Counted from the stretch's first letter, positions 1 to 10,828 are shown. The stretch: 62,955 nucleotides of DNA from Calditrichaceae bacterium (GCA_050173015.1 JBFXLE010000027.1:1-62955); one strand, 5' to 3'. A program made the numbers and translations. The notes: generated from the sequence alone by a model not told the origin.

Positions 1-90
1 TTTAATCGCCAACAATTGCTTCTTGGGTAAGAAAATAATTATCAAAGCGCCAAGCAACGGAATAAATGTGGCTAGACTGATCAATCCCAT
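1..90 (-). CDS. nuoM: NADH-quinone oxidoreductase subunit M, N-terminal fragment (runs off the window start)
   Basis: Manual translation from ATG at 90: MGLISLATFIPLLGALIIIFLPKKQLLAIK. Hydrophobic NuoM-type N-terminus directly after nuoL. Confidence 0.8.
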   Translation of the reverse strand, partial: MGLISLATFIPLLGALIIIFLPKKQLLAIK

Positions 91-120
91 AATCTAGTTT
101 CTCCCTAATTAATGCTAAAA

Positions 121-2166
121 TTAAATCATTGTCAGAACAATAATCAAAAACGCGCCAACCACGGCACCCAGTATATAATTTTGAATCTGACCGGTTTGAA
201 TCTTTCTTACATTCCGGCCGAACGTCTGAGTAATATTGGCGACTTCGTTTACCATTCCGTCAATAATATGAAAATCAAACAAACCACTGAGTGCAGAAAA
301 CTTTGTACTGATCCATGCGGTACCGTTGACGATACCGTCGATAATATTCTGATCAAACCAGGCCAGCATATCATTCCAGAGCAGTAAACCTTTCACTACA
401 GTGGCATTGTATAATTCATCAAAATAATATTTGTTGTATGAAATAGTATAAAGCGGCTTGATCTTTTCGGTAAGAGCAGCCACATCGACTTTTTTCCAAA
501 AATAGAGCGTAAAGGCAAATAGAATGCCTGCCGCCGCCATCAAAATTGAGATCATAATACCCGTAATATGAGCTGTATGCTCGATATGTTCGGAAATATG
601 AAGAACGTCATGCCCCAGCTGAATACTTACCGCGGAAACCGGTTTCTGGATCAGATGTTCGAACCATCCGCCAACCGCGGAGATGGGATTCAGTGAAGGC
701 AGAGTATAGATAAAGAATATGCTTAAGACCGCGAGAACGACCAGCGGTACAGTGATTACCCTTGGGCTTTCATGGATATGTTCGTAAATTTTTTCATTCT
801 GAGGCTTGCCGTAGAATGTTCTGATCACCAGCCTGAACATATAAAACGCAGTTATCATCGCCGCCCCGAATCCAAAGACAGGCAGCAGATAATGAATAGG
901 ATTTGACTGACTCATGGCAAAGGCGAGTGAACCACCAAGTATAGCGTCTTTGCTTAGGAATCCGGAAAAGAAAGGGATTCCTGAAAGCGCCAGGGTAAAA
1001 ATTAAAAATGTATAATAAGTCACAGGCATTTTGTTTTTAAAACCACCCATAAAGCGGATATCATTCGGATCCTCATGCATGTTCAGTTTATGCATTGAAT
1101 GATGCATGGCATGAATAACAGAACCAGCTCCAAGAAATAATCCGGCTTTAAACATCGCGTGCGTGACCAGGTGGAAAAATCCGGCCATGTAAGAGCCTAC
1201 GCCAAGAGCCATGACCATGTAACCAAGCTGACTGATGGTAGAATATGCAAGAACCCGTTTTATGTCATTCTGTGATATGGCGATTGTGGCGGCAAATATG
1301 GCAGTGAATCCGCCGATATATGCGACAACCAGCATCGCGTCAAAGGAAAGCATAAAACTGAGTCTCGCTACCAGATAAACACCGGCGGCGACCATTGTGG
1401 CGGCATGAATCAACGCGCTTACCGGCGTCGGGCCTTCCATAGCGTCCGGAAGCCAGACATGCAGTGGAAATTGCGCTGATTTTCCGATGGCGCCCGCAAA
1501 AAGAAGTACGCCCGCTGCGGTAAGTAAGCCTCCTGAAAGCAGGCCGTCTGAGATCCCGGTATGAATCTGATGCAGATTAAAAGTGCCGAGAGTGGCGAAA
1601 ACGATCAGAAAGCCGATAAGGAATCCATAATCACCGACTCTGTTGGTAATAAATGCCTTTTTCCCCGCGTTTGCAGCGGAATCTTTTTCAAAGTAAAACC
1701 CGATCAGAAGGTATGAACAGATACCTACCAATTCCCACATCACATAAATCCCAAACAGGTTATCCCAAAGAATCAGGCCAAGCATAGAAAAGCTGAAAAG
1801 GGAAAGGAACGCGTAGAAACGGTTATAACGCGGATCACCTTTCATATAGCCAATTGAATAGATGTGGACCCAGAAACTGACAGTTGTTACAACCATAAGC
1901 ATGATTATCGCAAGATTGTCAATATAGATCCCCATGTCCAGTTTGAAAGAGCCCACATCGATCCAGGTCAAACTTTCAGTGATCTGAAAATTAGGATCAT
2001 AACTCAGCAGCATTTTGACAAAAAGTACAATTGACAAAATATAGGAAACTCCTATTGCCGAGATCGAAACCCAGTCACCTTTTCGAGGCAGTCTCTTTCC
2101 GATAAAAATTTGAATGGCAAAAGCCACAAGTGGCAATAACCATATAATAAGCGCTGTTTGAATCAT
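121..2166 (-). CDS. nuoL: NADH-quinone oxidoreductase subunit L
   Basis: 681 aa membrane protein with GKSAQFPLHVWLPDAMEGPTPVSALIHAATMV and IKRVLAYSTISQLG motifs. Confidence 0.97.
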   Translation of the reverse strand: MIQTALIIWLLPLVAFAIQIFIGKRLPRKGDWVSISAIGVSYILSIVLFVKMLLSYDPNFQITESLTWIDVGSFKLDMGIYIDNLAIIMLMVVTTVSFWVHIYSIGYMKGDPRYNRFYAFLSLFSFSMLGLILWDNLFGIYVMWELVGICSYLLIGFYFEKDSAANAGKKAFITNRVGDYGFLIGFLIVFATLGTFNLHQIHTGISDGLLSGGLLTAAGVLLFAGAIGKSAQFPLHVWLPDAMEGPTPVSALIHAATMVAAGVYLVARLSFMLSFDAMLVVAYIGGFTAIFAATIAISQNDIKRVLAYSTISQLGYMVMALGVGSYMAGFFHLVTHAMFKAGLFLGAGSVIHAMHHSMHKLNMHEDPNDIRFMGGFKNKMPVTYYTFLIFTLALSGIPFFSGFLSKDAILGGSLAFAMSQSNPIHYLLPVFGFGAAMITAFYMFRLVIRTFYGKPQNEKIYEHIHESPRVITVPLVVLAVLSIFFIYTLPSLNPISAVGGWFEHLIQKPVSAVSIQLGHDVLHISEHIEHTAHITGIMISILMAAAGILFAFTLYFWKKVDVAALTEKIKPLYTISYNKYYFDELYNATVVKGLLLWNDMLAWFDQNIIDGIVNGTAWISTKFSALSGLFDFHIIDGMVNEVANITQTFGRNVRKIQTGQIQNYILGAVVGAFLIIVLTMI

Positions 2167-2187
2167 ATTATCCTCGTAGTCGATGTG

Positions 2188-2493
2188 TTAATTTTTCATT
2201 CCATCTACTTGAGTAACATCAATAGTAGCTTTGTCACGGTACAGATTTAAAATAATCGCCAGGGCGACGGCTGCCTCAGCGGCCGCGAGTATGATTATAA
2301 ATATCGCCACCATCTGTCCTGAGATATCGATGTCGGTAAATTTGGCAAAAGAAATAAAATTCAGATTAACTGAATTCAGAATCAGTTCCACCCCCATCAA
2401 AATACCGACAGCATTTTTTTTGTAAAGAATTGTAAAAAGACCAAGCACAAACACTATGGCGCTTGTGATGAGATAAGTTTCCAATGATAACAT
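2188..2493 (-). CDS. nuoK: NADH-quinone oxidoreductase subunit K
   Basis: 101 aa, three hydrophobic segments, GVELILNSVNLN and AAAEAAVALAI motifs. Confidence 0.96.
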   Translation of the reverse strand: MLSLETYLITSAIVFVLGLFTILYKKNAVGILMGVELILNSVNLNFISFAKFTDIDISGQMVAIFIIILAAAEAAVALAIILNLYRDKATIDVTQVDGMKN

Positions 2494-2993
2494 TATTTAT
2501 GGTCCTCCGTACGAGCTATATAAACCGCGCCGATCAGTGCTCCAAGAAGCAATAACGAAGCCATCTCAAACGGCAGTAAATACTCAGCCAATATAGCATT
2601 TCCGATTGTCGTGGTCGTCGGTTGAAATGGCTTATCAATTTCAGAAATCCAGGGCGCTTTATATATCACCAGCCCAAGAATTAAAGCCATAGTAATTCCG
2701 CCGGCCATACTTATCCAGAATGAATTATGTGTAGTAATCGCGGATAAATCATATACTTTTTGTGTCATTAAAACGCCGAAAAGTATAAGAACGAGAATAC
2801 CGCCCACATAAATCATGACCTGAGTAACGGCAAGAAAGTCGGCGCTCAGGTACACATACAAGGCTGCGAATCCGAACAGCGTTAACAGTAACGCGAAGGC
2901 GGAATAAATAATCTTGTTTGAAAATGCCACGATCGCCGCCGAAAAAATAGTGAGCGCAACAACTGCATAAAATAAAATTTGATAAATATCCAT
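2493..2993 (-). CDS. nuoJ: NADH-quinone oxidoreductase subunit J
   Basis: ADFLAVTQVMIYVGGILVLILFGVLM and YLLPFEMASLLLL motifs; operon position. Confidence 0.95.
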   Translation of the reverse strand: MDIYQILFYAVVALTIFSAAIVAFSNKIIYSAFALLLTLFGFAALYVYLSADFLAVTQVMIYVGGILVLILFGVLMTQKVYDLSAITTHNSFWISMAGGITMALILGLVIYKAPWISEIDKPFQPTTTTIGNAILAEYLLPFEMASLLLLGALIGAVYIARTEDHK

Positions 2994-3087
2994 CTGAAAT
3001 TTCTCCGAATTCTGACCTGTAAAGATCCCCGCGTATGCGGATATTACGCAAAAAGTAATTAGTTCTTTGACTGATTACCTTATCCCG

Positions 3088-3648
3088 TTATTTTTTTTCT
3101 TCCCCGGGATTAGGGACGGCATCCTTTTGTTCCTTAGCAGCCTTGGCCGCAGCGAGTGCTTCTTTTTCCATGCGATCGCGTTCATTTATTTCTTTTACCT
3201 GCTCAGGAGTGTACCCGGTGAACTTAAGTATCAGACTATTGCGATCGTAGGTAGCAAACTCGTAATCCGGTGTCATTACGATGCATTCAGTAGGGCAGGG
3301 GAAAACGCAATCGGCACAGTAGCAGCATTTTGCCATGTCAATATCGAACCGGGTCACGTGTAATCTCTTCTTTTGACCGGTGGAAGTTTCACCGAGATCC
3401 TCTTCCTTACCGGCTTTTACGGTTTCGATCGTGATACAATCAACGGGACAAGCGCGCGCACATTGAAGACATCCTATACAATCATCAATATCCACAAAAA
3501 GTTTCTGACGCGACCGATCAGGCAGTTTCTGCTTTACATGAGGATACTGCTCCGTAACCGCTCTCGTAAATAAATGCCCGAAGGTGACACCCATTCCAAT
3601 TAAAATGCTTGAAATGGCTTCATATATATCTTTAAAATATTTTACCAT
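3088..3648 (-). CDS. nuoI: NADH-quinone oxidoreductase subunit I (2x[4Fe-4S])
   Basis: CIGCLQCARACP and CCYCADCVFPCP ferredoxin motifs. Confidence 0.95.
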   Translation of the reverse strand: MVKYFKDIYEAISSILIGMGVTFGHLFTRAVTEQYPHVKQKLPDRSRQKLFVDIDDCIGCLQCARACPVDCITIETVKAGKEEDLGETSTGQKKRLHVTRFDIDMAKCCYCADCVFPCPTECIVMTPDYEFATYDRNSLILKFTGYTPEQVKEINERDRMEKEALAAAKAAKEQKDAVPNPGEEKK

Positions 3649-3670
3649 GATAAATTACACCTGTGCTTTG

Positions 3671-4720
3671 TTAGAGTACTTTCCAAAACCCTAATATTAA
3701 TAATATTACAAATGAGAACGGAGTTAACACTTTCCAGCATGTATGCATTAACTGATCAACCCTCAGGCGGGGTAAAGTCCATCTCAGCCACATTTGTATA
3801 AATACGAGGAACAGGGCCTTGCCAACCAACCAGAAGGGACCGGGGATAAACTCCAGAAAACCAAAAGGCGCCTGCCAACCGCCAAGAAACGCGACCGCGG
3901 CAATGGCGGTAACAACGAACATATTGGCATATTCGCCTAAAAAGAAGAAAGCAAACCGCATTCCTGAATATTCGGTATGGAATCCCGAAACCAATTCGGA
4001 CTCAGCTTCAGGAAGATCGAAAGGAGTCCGGTTTACCTCTGCCAGAGATGACACAAAGTAAATAATAAAGGCAAAGAATGTCAGCGGAAAAAATCTGAAC
4101 ACATTCCAGGATAATATATTTCCCTGCTGACCGTTAACAATATCCTGCATGCTCAAAGAACCGGTCAACATGATGACAGTAACCAGCGAAAGAGCAACCG
4201 GTATCTCATAGGAAACAATCTGTGCGGCGCTTCTCATGGCTCCGTAAAGAGACCATTTACTGTTGGATGCCCAGCCGCCCATCATTATACCAATTACAGC
4301 AAGAGATGAAATCGACAAAATGTACAGCAAACCAACATTCAGATCCGCGGGGATAAAATTACTGCTCCATGGGATCACCGCGAACGTAGCGAGGGCCACG
4401 GCGAAAACGATAACCGGTGCCATCTTAAAAAGAATCCGGTCAGCCGTGGTGGGAATAAGATCTTCCTTGAGAAGAAGTTTTATGGCATCGGCAATCGTTT
4501 GTGCCCATCCGTGCCATCCGCCAACTTCCATAGGGCCGAGGCGGTCCTGCATGTGGGCCGAAACTTTACGCTCAAGATAAATCGCGAACAGGGCAAAGAG
4601 CGCGATAAACAAGAATAACGTAAGCGCTGTCACGACACCAGCCAAAGTTGATAATAACCAGTAGGGCAGATCTGCCATCCCGGGTATTAAATCAATAAAA
4701 AATTCTAAAATCGGTTCCAT
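3671..4720 (-). CDS. nuoH: NADH-quinone oxidoreductase subunit H
   Basis: [14 protein letters not shown] and [24 protein letters not shown] motifs. Confidence 0.97.
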   Translation of the reverse strand: MEPILEFFIDLIPGMADLPYWLLSTLAGVVTALTLFLFIALFALFAIYLERKVSAHMQDRLGPMEVGGWHGWAQTIADAIKLLLKEDLIPTTADRILFKMAPVIVFAVALATFAVIPWSSNFIPADLNVGLLYILSISSLAVIGIMMGGWASNSKWSLYGAMRSAAQIVSYEIPVALSLVTVIMLTGSLSMQDIVNGQQGNILSWNVFRFFPLTFFAFIIYFVSSLAEVNRTPFDLPEAESELVSGFHTEYSGMRFAFFFLGEYANMFVVTAIAAVAFLGGWQAPFGFLEFIPGPFWLVGKALFLVFIQMWLRWTLPRLRVDQLMHTCWKVLTPFSFVILLILGFWKVL

Positions 4721-4743
4721 TTTTACCTCTATAATCTAAGGAC

Positions 4744-5907
4744 TTAGCGGTCAATTTCTCCAAGTACAATATCAAGACTACCAATGATCGCGACAATATC
4801 GGCAACCATAATACCCGGCGCGATGGCCGGAAGTATGCTCAGGTTTACAAAGGCCGGAGATCGCACCTTAACCCTGACCGGATTTTTTCCTCCATCTGAA
4901 ATTATATGATAACCAAGCTCTCCTCTTGGGGTCTCAGTCCGCATATAATACTCTCCCGCGGGTACTTTGACATTGCGCGGGATCGTCTCTTTGGCGTCCC
5001 CATCGGGCAGTTTTTCTGTTGCCTGCCGGATTATTTTCACGGATTCATACATCTCAGCGATACGAACCCAGTATCGATCCCAGGAATCACCAACCGTTCC
5101 CATTTCTCCGATACCGATACAGGTGTTGAAATCAAATTTGTCATAGATAGAGTAGGGATCGTTTTTACGAAGATCAAAATCGACTCCCGATGCTCTCAGA
5201 CAGGGTCCGCTCAGCGCATAATTGATGGCCAGATCCCCGGGAACGATTCCAACGTTCGCGGTACGCTCTATAAAGATCTTATTATATGATAAAATATCAT
5301 TATACTCTTTGATTTTTGGTTCAAAATAGTCGATAAATTCTAAAACTTTTTCACGCCATCCATCGGGGGCGTCATAGGCTACGCCGCCAATCCAGATATA
5401 ATTATATAAAAGACGGGCGCCGGAGATTTCTTCAAAAAGGTCCAGAATTTTTTCTCTGTCACGGAAAGTATAGAGAAAAGGGGTGAACGCCCCAATATCG
5501 AGTCCGTATGTTCCAAGCGCGATTAAATGGCTTGCGATACGATTTAATTCGCTGACAATAACCCGGAGATGTTCCGCGCGTTGATTGACTTCAAGACCCA
5601 TCATTCTTTCGATGCCGATGACATAACCGAGATTGTTGTTCATGGAGGCGATATAATCCATACGGTCAGTATAAGGGATTACTTGCTGCCATGAAACATT
5701 TTCGGCATGTTTTTCGAAACAGCGATGCAGGTAACCGATATAGGGTACGGCGCTTTTCACAATCTCACCGTCGGTTTTTAAAACCACTCGCAACACACCG
5801 TGTGTACTAGGATGTTGCGGGCCCATGTTTAGCGTCATTTCATCGGTATGCATCGCGGTCGGAACTTCGAGTTCGATCTGTGTATCGGGTAGATTATTCT
5901 TCGTCAT
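4744..5907 (-). CDS. nuoD: NADH-quinone oxidoreductase subunit D
   Basis: LNMGPQHPSTHGVLR, IGYLHR and C-terminal GSLDIVLGEIDR. Start moved to ATG 5907 (MTKNN) because the longer ORF overlaps nuoC. Confidence 0.96.
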   Translation of the reverse strand: MTKNNLPDTQIELEVPTAMHTDEMTLNMGPQHPSTHGVLRVVLKTDGEIVKSAVPYIGYLHRCFEKHAENVSWQQVIPYTDRMDYIASMNNNLGYVIGIERMMGLEVNQRAEHLRVIVSELNRIASHLIALGTYGLDIGAFTPFLYTFRDREKILDLFEEISGARLLYNYIWIGGVAYDAPDGWREKVLEFIDYFEPKIKEYNDILSYNKIFIERTANVGIVPGDLAINYALSGPCLRASGVDFDLRKNDPYSIYDKFDFNTCIGIGEMGTVGDSWDRYWVRIAEMYESVKIIRQATEKLPDGDAKETIPRNVKVPAGEYYMRTETPRGELGYHIISDGGKNPVRVKVRSPAFVNLSILPAIAPGIMVADIVAIIGSLDIVLGEIDR

Positions 5908-6400
5908 AAAGGTCCCCCTGCTCTTGAGGATAAGGTACTCGTAATCCATTGTAAAATTCAGGAGTGACATAGTCTTTGCGAAGCGGATATCCTTCCCAGT
6001 CTTCAGGAAGAAGGATACGGCGGAGATCGGGGTGATTGACAAAATTGATACCCAACAGATCATATGCTTCACGTTCATGCCAGTCTGCTGTTTTCCAAAG
6101 CATGGAAACAGTTTTTACATCTGCTTTGTCTTTTGGTACGTCGACTTTTAATACAATTTTGTGATTATGCTTCATTGAATATAGATGATATACCACACCA
6201 ACATTTTCACCAAGATCAACACCGGATAGATTGCTGAGATAATCAAATTCAAACTCAGAATCATCTCTCAGATATTCTGCTATTTCATCAATTTTACCGG
6301 GATTAACTTTTATGAATGGCTGAAGAACGGCATCATTTAATTCGATGATGTCATCACTAAATTTATTCTTTAATTTATCGTGAATTTCCTGTGCTGTCAT
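5894..6400 (-). CDS. nuoC: NADH-quinone oxidoreductase subunit C
   Basis: WHEREAYDLLGINFVNHPDLRRILLPEDWEGYPLRKDY. Start set at ATG 6400 just after the nuoB stop. Confidence 0.95.
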   Translation of the reverse strand: MTAQEIHDKLKNKFSDDIIELNDAVLQPFIKVNPGKIDEIAEYLRDDSEFEFDYLSNLSGVDLGENVGVVYHLYSMKHNHKIVLKVDVPKDKADVKTVSMLWKTADWHEREAYDLLGINFVNHPDLRRILLPEDWEGYPLRKDYVTPEFYNGLRVPYPQEQGDLYDEE

Positions 6401-6401
6401 A

Positions 6402-6890
6402 TTAAGCCCTCTTCTTTGCAATGGATTCACGTTTAATTTTTTCTTTTAATTCAAGAATTCCCTGGATCAGAGCTTCGGGACGGGGAGGACAACCGGGGAC
6501 GTAAACATCGACAGGTACAATCTGGTCAACACCTTTCAACACATGATAACCGTGCTGCCAGTAGGGTCCGCCGCAATTTGAGCAACTTCCCATGGAAATT
6601 ACATATTTTGGCTCGGGCATTTGTTCATAAAGTCTGCGAAGGACCGGGGCCATCTTTAAGGTAACGGTTCCGGCGACGATCATTACATCCGCTTGGCGCG
6701 GACTTGGGCGAAAAAACATACCAAAACGGTCCAGATCGTATCTTGAGGCGCCTGTGGCCATCATTTCTATCGCGCAGCACGCAAGGCCGAATCCGAGTGA
6801 CCAGGGTGAGCTGGAACGCGCCCAGTTAAATACTTTATCTAATGAAGTAATGATAACATTATTTTCAAACCGATTATCTAACCAGCCCAT
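6402..6890 (-). CDS. nuoB: NADH-quinone oxidoreductase subunit B
   Basis: [22 protein letters not shown] and [10 protein letters not shown] motifs. Confidence 0.97.
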   Translation of the reverse strand: MGWLDNRFENNVIITSLDKVFNWARSSSPWSLGFGLACCAIEMMATGASRYDLDRFGMFFRPSPRQADVMIVAGTVTLKMAPVLRRLYEQMPEPKYVISMGSCSNCGGPYWQHGYHVLKGVDQIVPVDVYVPGCPPRPEALIQGILELKEKIKRESIAKKRA

Positions 6891-6892
6891 AA

Positions 6893-7291
6893 TCAGGCTC
6901 CTTTCTTTTTGGGCAAATGTGCAAATGTGGGCCGGGGTTTAATCCAGTCTAAATCTCCTTTAACCCAGACATAGGCGAGACCTACAAGTAGTATGGCGAT
7001 AAAAATCAGCATTTCTACGAAAGCAAGCATACCGATTGATTCAAAAACGACAGCCCAGGGAAAGAGAAAAATGACTTCAACATCAAAAATGATAAATATT
7101 AGAGCAATGATGTAAAAGCGGTTATTAAACTGTATCCACGAATCACCAACAGGTAGTTCACCGCATTCGTAAACCGTGTTCTTGTCAGGATAGAATTTTG
7201 TTGGAGCAAGAATGCGGGATAACAAAACAGTCACGCTTACCAGAAGCGCGCCAACAACCAGAAACACGAGGGCGATATAGAATCCGGTCAT
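6893..7291 (-). CDS. nuoA: NADH-quinone oxidoreductase subunit A
   Basis: YECGE and [16 protein letters not shown] motifs; first gene of the operon. Confidence 0.96.
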   Translation of the reverse strand: MTGFYIALVFLVVGALLVSVTVLLSRILAPTKFYPDKNTVYECGELPVGDSWIQFNNRFYIIALIFIIFDVEVIFLFPWAVVFESIGMLAFVEMLIFIAILLVGLAYVWVKGDLDWIKPRPTFAHLPKKKGA

Positions 7292-7484
7292 AAAAAATTA
7301 CTCCCCGTTTTATATTATAGTGAATAATTGTACTAATTAATTTGTAATAAACAAGAAAGTAATTTAAATTTTGGTAATCTAAAAAGCAAAAAAAAGATTA
7401 TATAACTTTTTCAGCAAAAAATATATTCCATGACTGATAAATGGTGTAAAAATTTCACGAATAATAATTAGAAATGCTTAAAAA

Positions 7485-8327
7485 ATGTTAATAGGTTGTC
7501 ATGTTTCTATTTCCGGCGGCATTTCGAGCTCTGTGATCAGGGCACTGAATATTGGATGTGAAACTTTTCAGATTTTTACGCAGAACCAGCAGCAGTGGAT
7601 TAACAGGATTTATACCACGAATGAAAGAGATGGTTTTAAGCATGAAAGGATAAAATACGCTTATAACCATGTTCCGCTGATGTCACACGCCTCCTATCTT
7701 ATCAATATGTGTTCAAAAAATGAAATTACCCTAAAAAAATCACGACAGGCGCTTAAAGATGAAATAATCAGATGCGACTCGCTTGGAATTGATTTGCTTG
7801 TGATCCATCCCGGGGCGCATGGGGGAAAAGGAGTAGATTGGGGGATCGATACAATCGCGGAAACCATAAATCTTACTTTGGACGGGATGCGGCCGGATGT
7901 CACGATACTTTTAGAGACAACCGCGGGTCAGGGCACCGGAATCGGACATCGTTTTGAACACCTGAAAAGCATCATTGATCAGGTGGATAAAGATGAAAAA
8001 GTCGGAGTCTGTCTTGATACTTGTCATATATTTGCGGCGGGATATGATATGGGCACTGAACAAGATTGGGATCGGGTGATTGATGAATATGATAAGATTG
8101 TCGGTTTGAAAAAATTGAAAGCGTTTCATTTGAACGATTCCCTTAGAGAAGTGGGGAGTAGGGTTGACCGCCATGCTCAGATCGGAAAAGGAGAAATTGG
8201 GATAGAGAGTTTTAAATACATCGTAAATAATAAAAAAATGAAAGATATTCCCGCGGTAATCGAGATTCCCGGGGATGAGAACGTATATCGGGATACTGTA
8301 ATAAAATTAAAAAATCTAAGGAAATGA
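7485..8327 (+). CDS. nfo: Endonuclease IV (AP endonuclease)
   Basis: IGCHVS, HASYLIN, HPG, LLETTAGQG, CLDTCHIFAAGYD, HLNDS and DRH metal-binding motifs. Confidence 0.95.
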   Translation: MLIGCHVSISGGISSSVIRALNIGCETFQIFTQNQQQWINRIYTTNERDGFKHERIKYAYNHVPLMSHASYLINMCSKNEITLKKSRQALKDEIIRCDSLGIDLLVIHPGAHGGKGVDWGIDTIAETINLTLDGMRPDVTILLETTAGQGTGIGHRFEHLKSIIDQVDKDEKVGVCLDTCHIFAAGYDMGTEQDWDRVIDEYDKIVGLKKLKAFHLNDSLREVGSRVDRHAQIGKGEIGIESFKYIVNNKKMKDIPAVIEIPGDENVYRDTVIKLKNLRK

Positions 8328-8329
8328 AA

Positions 8330-8350
8330 AAGGCAGCGCGGAGCTGCCTT
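8330..8350. terminator. Hairpin between convergent nfo and dnaA (probable intrinsic terminator)
   Basis: aaggcagc-gcgga-gctgcctt 8-bp stem, with an A-run on the left giving a U-tail on the minus strand. Confidence 0.65.
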
Positions 8351-8357
8351 CAAATTA

Positions 8358-9746
8358 TTATTTATTATATTCCAGATGCCGAAGCATTCCATCGATTTGC
8401 TGTTTGAAAATCGGATCCGCGGAAATATTTTTCGCGACATTATCCAGGGCATGAATTACCGTTGAATGATCCCTGCCTCCGAAGTACAAACCGATCGTGA
8501 CAAGAGAATGGTTTGTCAGTTTTTTTGAAAGATACATGGCAACCTGCCGAGCGCGGACGATATCTTTTTTCCGTGTTTTCGCTCTGAGCTGATCAATCGG
8601 CAGTTTATAGATTTTGGCGGTATGATCCATAATGGTATCGATAGTCAGAACGCTTTTATCGGGTTTTGCGATCTCTGAAACAATGGACCTTGCCAGTTCA
8701 AGAGTCGGTTCCGCTGCCGTAAATGTAACCTGGGCCATAATTTTTGTGAGAGCGCCTTCCAGTTCACGCACATTATGGGTCATGTTTACCGCAAGATATT
8801 CGATTACATCCGCGGGTATGGAAAGTTCACTCTCATCACATTTATTTCTCAAAATAGCCAGTCTCGTTTCAAAATCAGGCGGCCGCACATCCACGACAAG
8901 TCCCCATTTAAATCTCGATATCAGCCTTTCCTCAAGCGCGTTTAATTCGTTGATGGGGCGGTCTGATGTGAGTACAATCTGTTTACCATTCTGATGCAGG
9001 TCGTTAAAGGTATGGAAAAATTCTTCCTGAGTTTTCCCTTTGTTTGAAAAAAATTGAATATCGTCCAGTAATAGCAGATCACAGGAGCGGTAAAAAGCAG
9101 AAAACTCGGATACTTTATTCTGCTGGATGGCATTGATAAAATGCGATGTGAAGGTTTCGCTGGATGCGTAAAATACTTTTGTACCGGGATTCTTTTGTAC
9201 CGCATGATTGCCGAGCGCCTGAATCAAATGGGTCTTTCCGAGTCCTGTCCCGCCATAAATGATCAGCGGGTTGTAGTTGGTTTTACCCGGTGAGTCGCTA
9301 ACCGCCTTTGCGGCGGCGTAAGCAAAATTATTGCTGTCACCTATGATAAAATTATCAAAGACATAACGCTCATTGATGCGGGTATAATAGGGTGATTTAA
9401 CATCCGCTTTCGGAGGCTCGGGCATAGGCGCCTGGTGCCAGTCTTTTGCCTGATAGGGTGATACAGAAGCGCTTTCGGTTTCCACCACGTATTTTAATTT
9501 TTTAGAATCTCCCAAAATTTGCGTGATGGCATTTTGCACCAGTTTTGAGTAATGATTGTCTATCCATTCGCAAAAAAATCGGTTTGGAACCGACAGTTTC
9601 AAGTAATCGTCCTCGATGTCAACCGCTTCGATTGGAGCAAACCAGGTGTTAAAGCTTCTGATGTTTACGTTTTCTTTGATAACTTCTAATATGGCCTGCC
9701 AGACAGCCTGGGGTGATGATAAAGATTGCGCAGCTTCACTCGACAT
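8358..9746 (-). CDS. dnaA: Chromosomal replication initiator DnaA
   Basis: GGTGLGKTHL Walker A, LLLDDIQF Walker B, RELEGAL and GGRDHSTVIHA. Start at ATG 9746 with AAGGA upstream. Confidence 0.98.
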   Translation of the reverse strand: MSSEAAQSLSSPQAVWQAILEVIKENVNIRSFNTWFAPIEAVDIEDDYLKLSVPNRFFCEWIDNHYSKLVQNAITQILGDSKKLKYVVETESASVSPYQAKDWHQAPMPEPPKADVKSPYYTRINERYVFDNFIIGDSNNFAYAAAKAVSDSPGKTNYNPLIIYGGTGLGKTHLIQALGNHAVQKNPGTKVFYASSETFTSHFINAIQQNKVSEFSAFYRSCDLLLLDDIQFFSNKGKTQEEFFHTFNDLHQNGKQIVLTSDRPINELNALEERLISRFKWGLVVDVRPPDFETRLAILRNKCDESELSIPADVIEYLAVNMTHNVRELEGALTKIMAQVTFTAAEPTLELARSIVSEIAKPDKSVLTIDTIMDHTAKIYKLPIDQLRAKTRKKDIVRARQVAMYLSKKLTNHSLVTIGLYFGGRDHSTVIHALDNVAKNISADPIFKQQIDGMLRHLEYNK

Positions 9747-9772
9747 TGACAATTATCCTTCTTTGAAAATAT

Positions 9773-9979
9773 TTATCCACATTTGAGTTCATAATGATTC
9801 ACACCTGAAGAAAATTACCCCGCTCCCGGAAAAAATCATTCTATCTGGCATAAAAACCGTGCAAATAGTTGTTTTTATTGAGATAAACGGATAATTGGGG
9901 AAAGACCGTTGTATTTTTTAACAGATCTCATGGCAAACCGGAATGTGAATAGTTGCGAGTTGTGCACAAGTTATCCACA
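9773..9979. promoter_or_regulatory. DnaA-box cluster (candidate oriC or dnaA autoregulatory region)
   Basis: Perfect TTATCCACA at 9773-9781 and 9971-9979. One-mismatch boxes at 9795-9803, 9944-9952 (rc) and 9961-9969 (rc). Followed by an AT-rich stretch up to ~10330. Confidence 0.75.
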
Positions 9980-10000
9980 TTCAGTGTTTTTGCTTACTAC

Positions 10001-10030
10001 AGTGTAAGAGTTTCAATCAATAAAAGTCAA
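10001..10030 (-). promoter_or_regulatory. Candidate sigma70 promoter of dnaA
   Basis: Minus strand TTGACT-18 nt-TACACT, with DnaA boxes just downstream. Confidence 0.45.
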
Positions 10031-10371
10031 GCAAAGTGTAAAATTTATATCAATTGTTTTTTTACGATTTTTTATTAAAGTGTTATGGATTCCCGACTTA
10101 AATAATATAAAAAAAGTGGTAATTTTTTGCACACTATTTTTTTGATTCAAAAACCGGTTCATTTAAACTTAACAATTTTATAGAAAATCTCAAAATATCG
10201 TGTTTCACGAATCACACTATTTATCATAAAGAAAATCCAATGTTTATCTTTCCATTATATTTTTATGATCCGTATCGGTCTAAATGATATAAAAACAAAA
10301 GTATAAATTGGTTTAAACGGAAATATGTGATTTTTTGAGCTCTTGCATTTGATGAATGAGGGGCAATCGAC

Positions 10372-10400
10372 TTGACATTAAATAAGGGTGATGGTAATTT
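10372..10400 (+). promoter_or_regulatory. Candidate sigma70 promoter of the ridA operon
   Basis: TTGACA-17 nt-TAATTT with a TGn extension, followed by a CAGGAG RBS before ATG 10427. Confidence 0.55.
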
Positions 10401-10426
10401 AAACCGAATTTTTCAGGAGAATATCT

Positions 10427-10813
10427 ATGCCAAAATTAAAATCAGTTCAGTCAAAAAACGCGCCCGCGCCGATTGGCCCATATTCTCAGGCCGTTGAATC
10501 GCAGGGATTCATTTTTACCTCCGGTCAGATCGCGCTTGATTCAGAGACCGGTCAGCTTGTCACGGGAGGGGTTGAAGCTCAGGCCAGAAAGGTATTTGAC
10601 AATCTAAATGCTGTACTGGAGGCCGGTGGTTCAGCACTTGAGTTTGTTGTGAAGACCACAATTTTTCTTAAGAATATGGATGATTTTGGAAAAGTAAATG
10701 CAATTTACGCCGAATATTTTAGCAAAGCGTTGCCGGCGCGTTCCACCGTTGAAGTAAGCCGTCTTCCCAAGGATGTGCTGGTAGAAGTGGACTGTATTGC
10801 CGTTAAACGCTAG
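10427..10813 (+). CDS. ridA: RidA/YjgF family enamine deaminase
   Basis: APAPIGPYSQAV, SGQI and PARSTVEVSRLPKDVLVE motifs. Confidence 0.92.
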   Translation: MPKLKSVQSKNAPAPIGPYSQAVESQGFIFTSGQIALDSETGQLVTGGVEAQARKVFDNLNAVLEAGGSALEFVVKTTIFLKNMDDFGKVNAIYAEYFSKALPARSTVEVSRLPKDVLVEVDCIAVKR

Positions 10814-10828
10814 AAGGGATTCGCGCCA

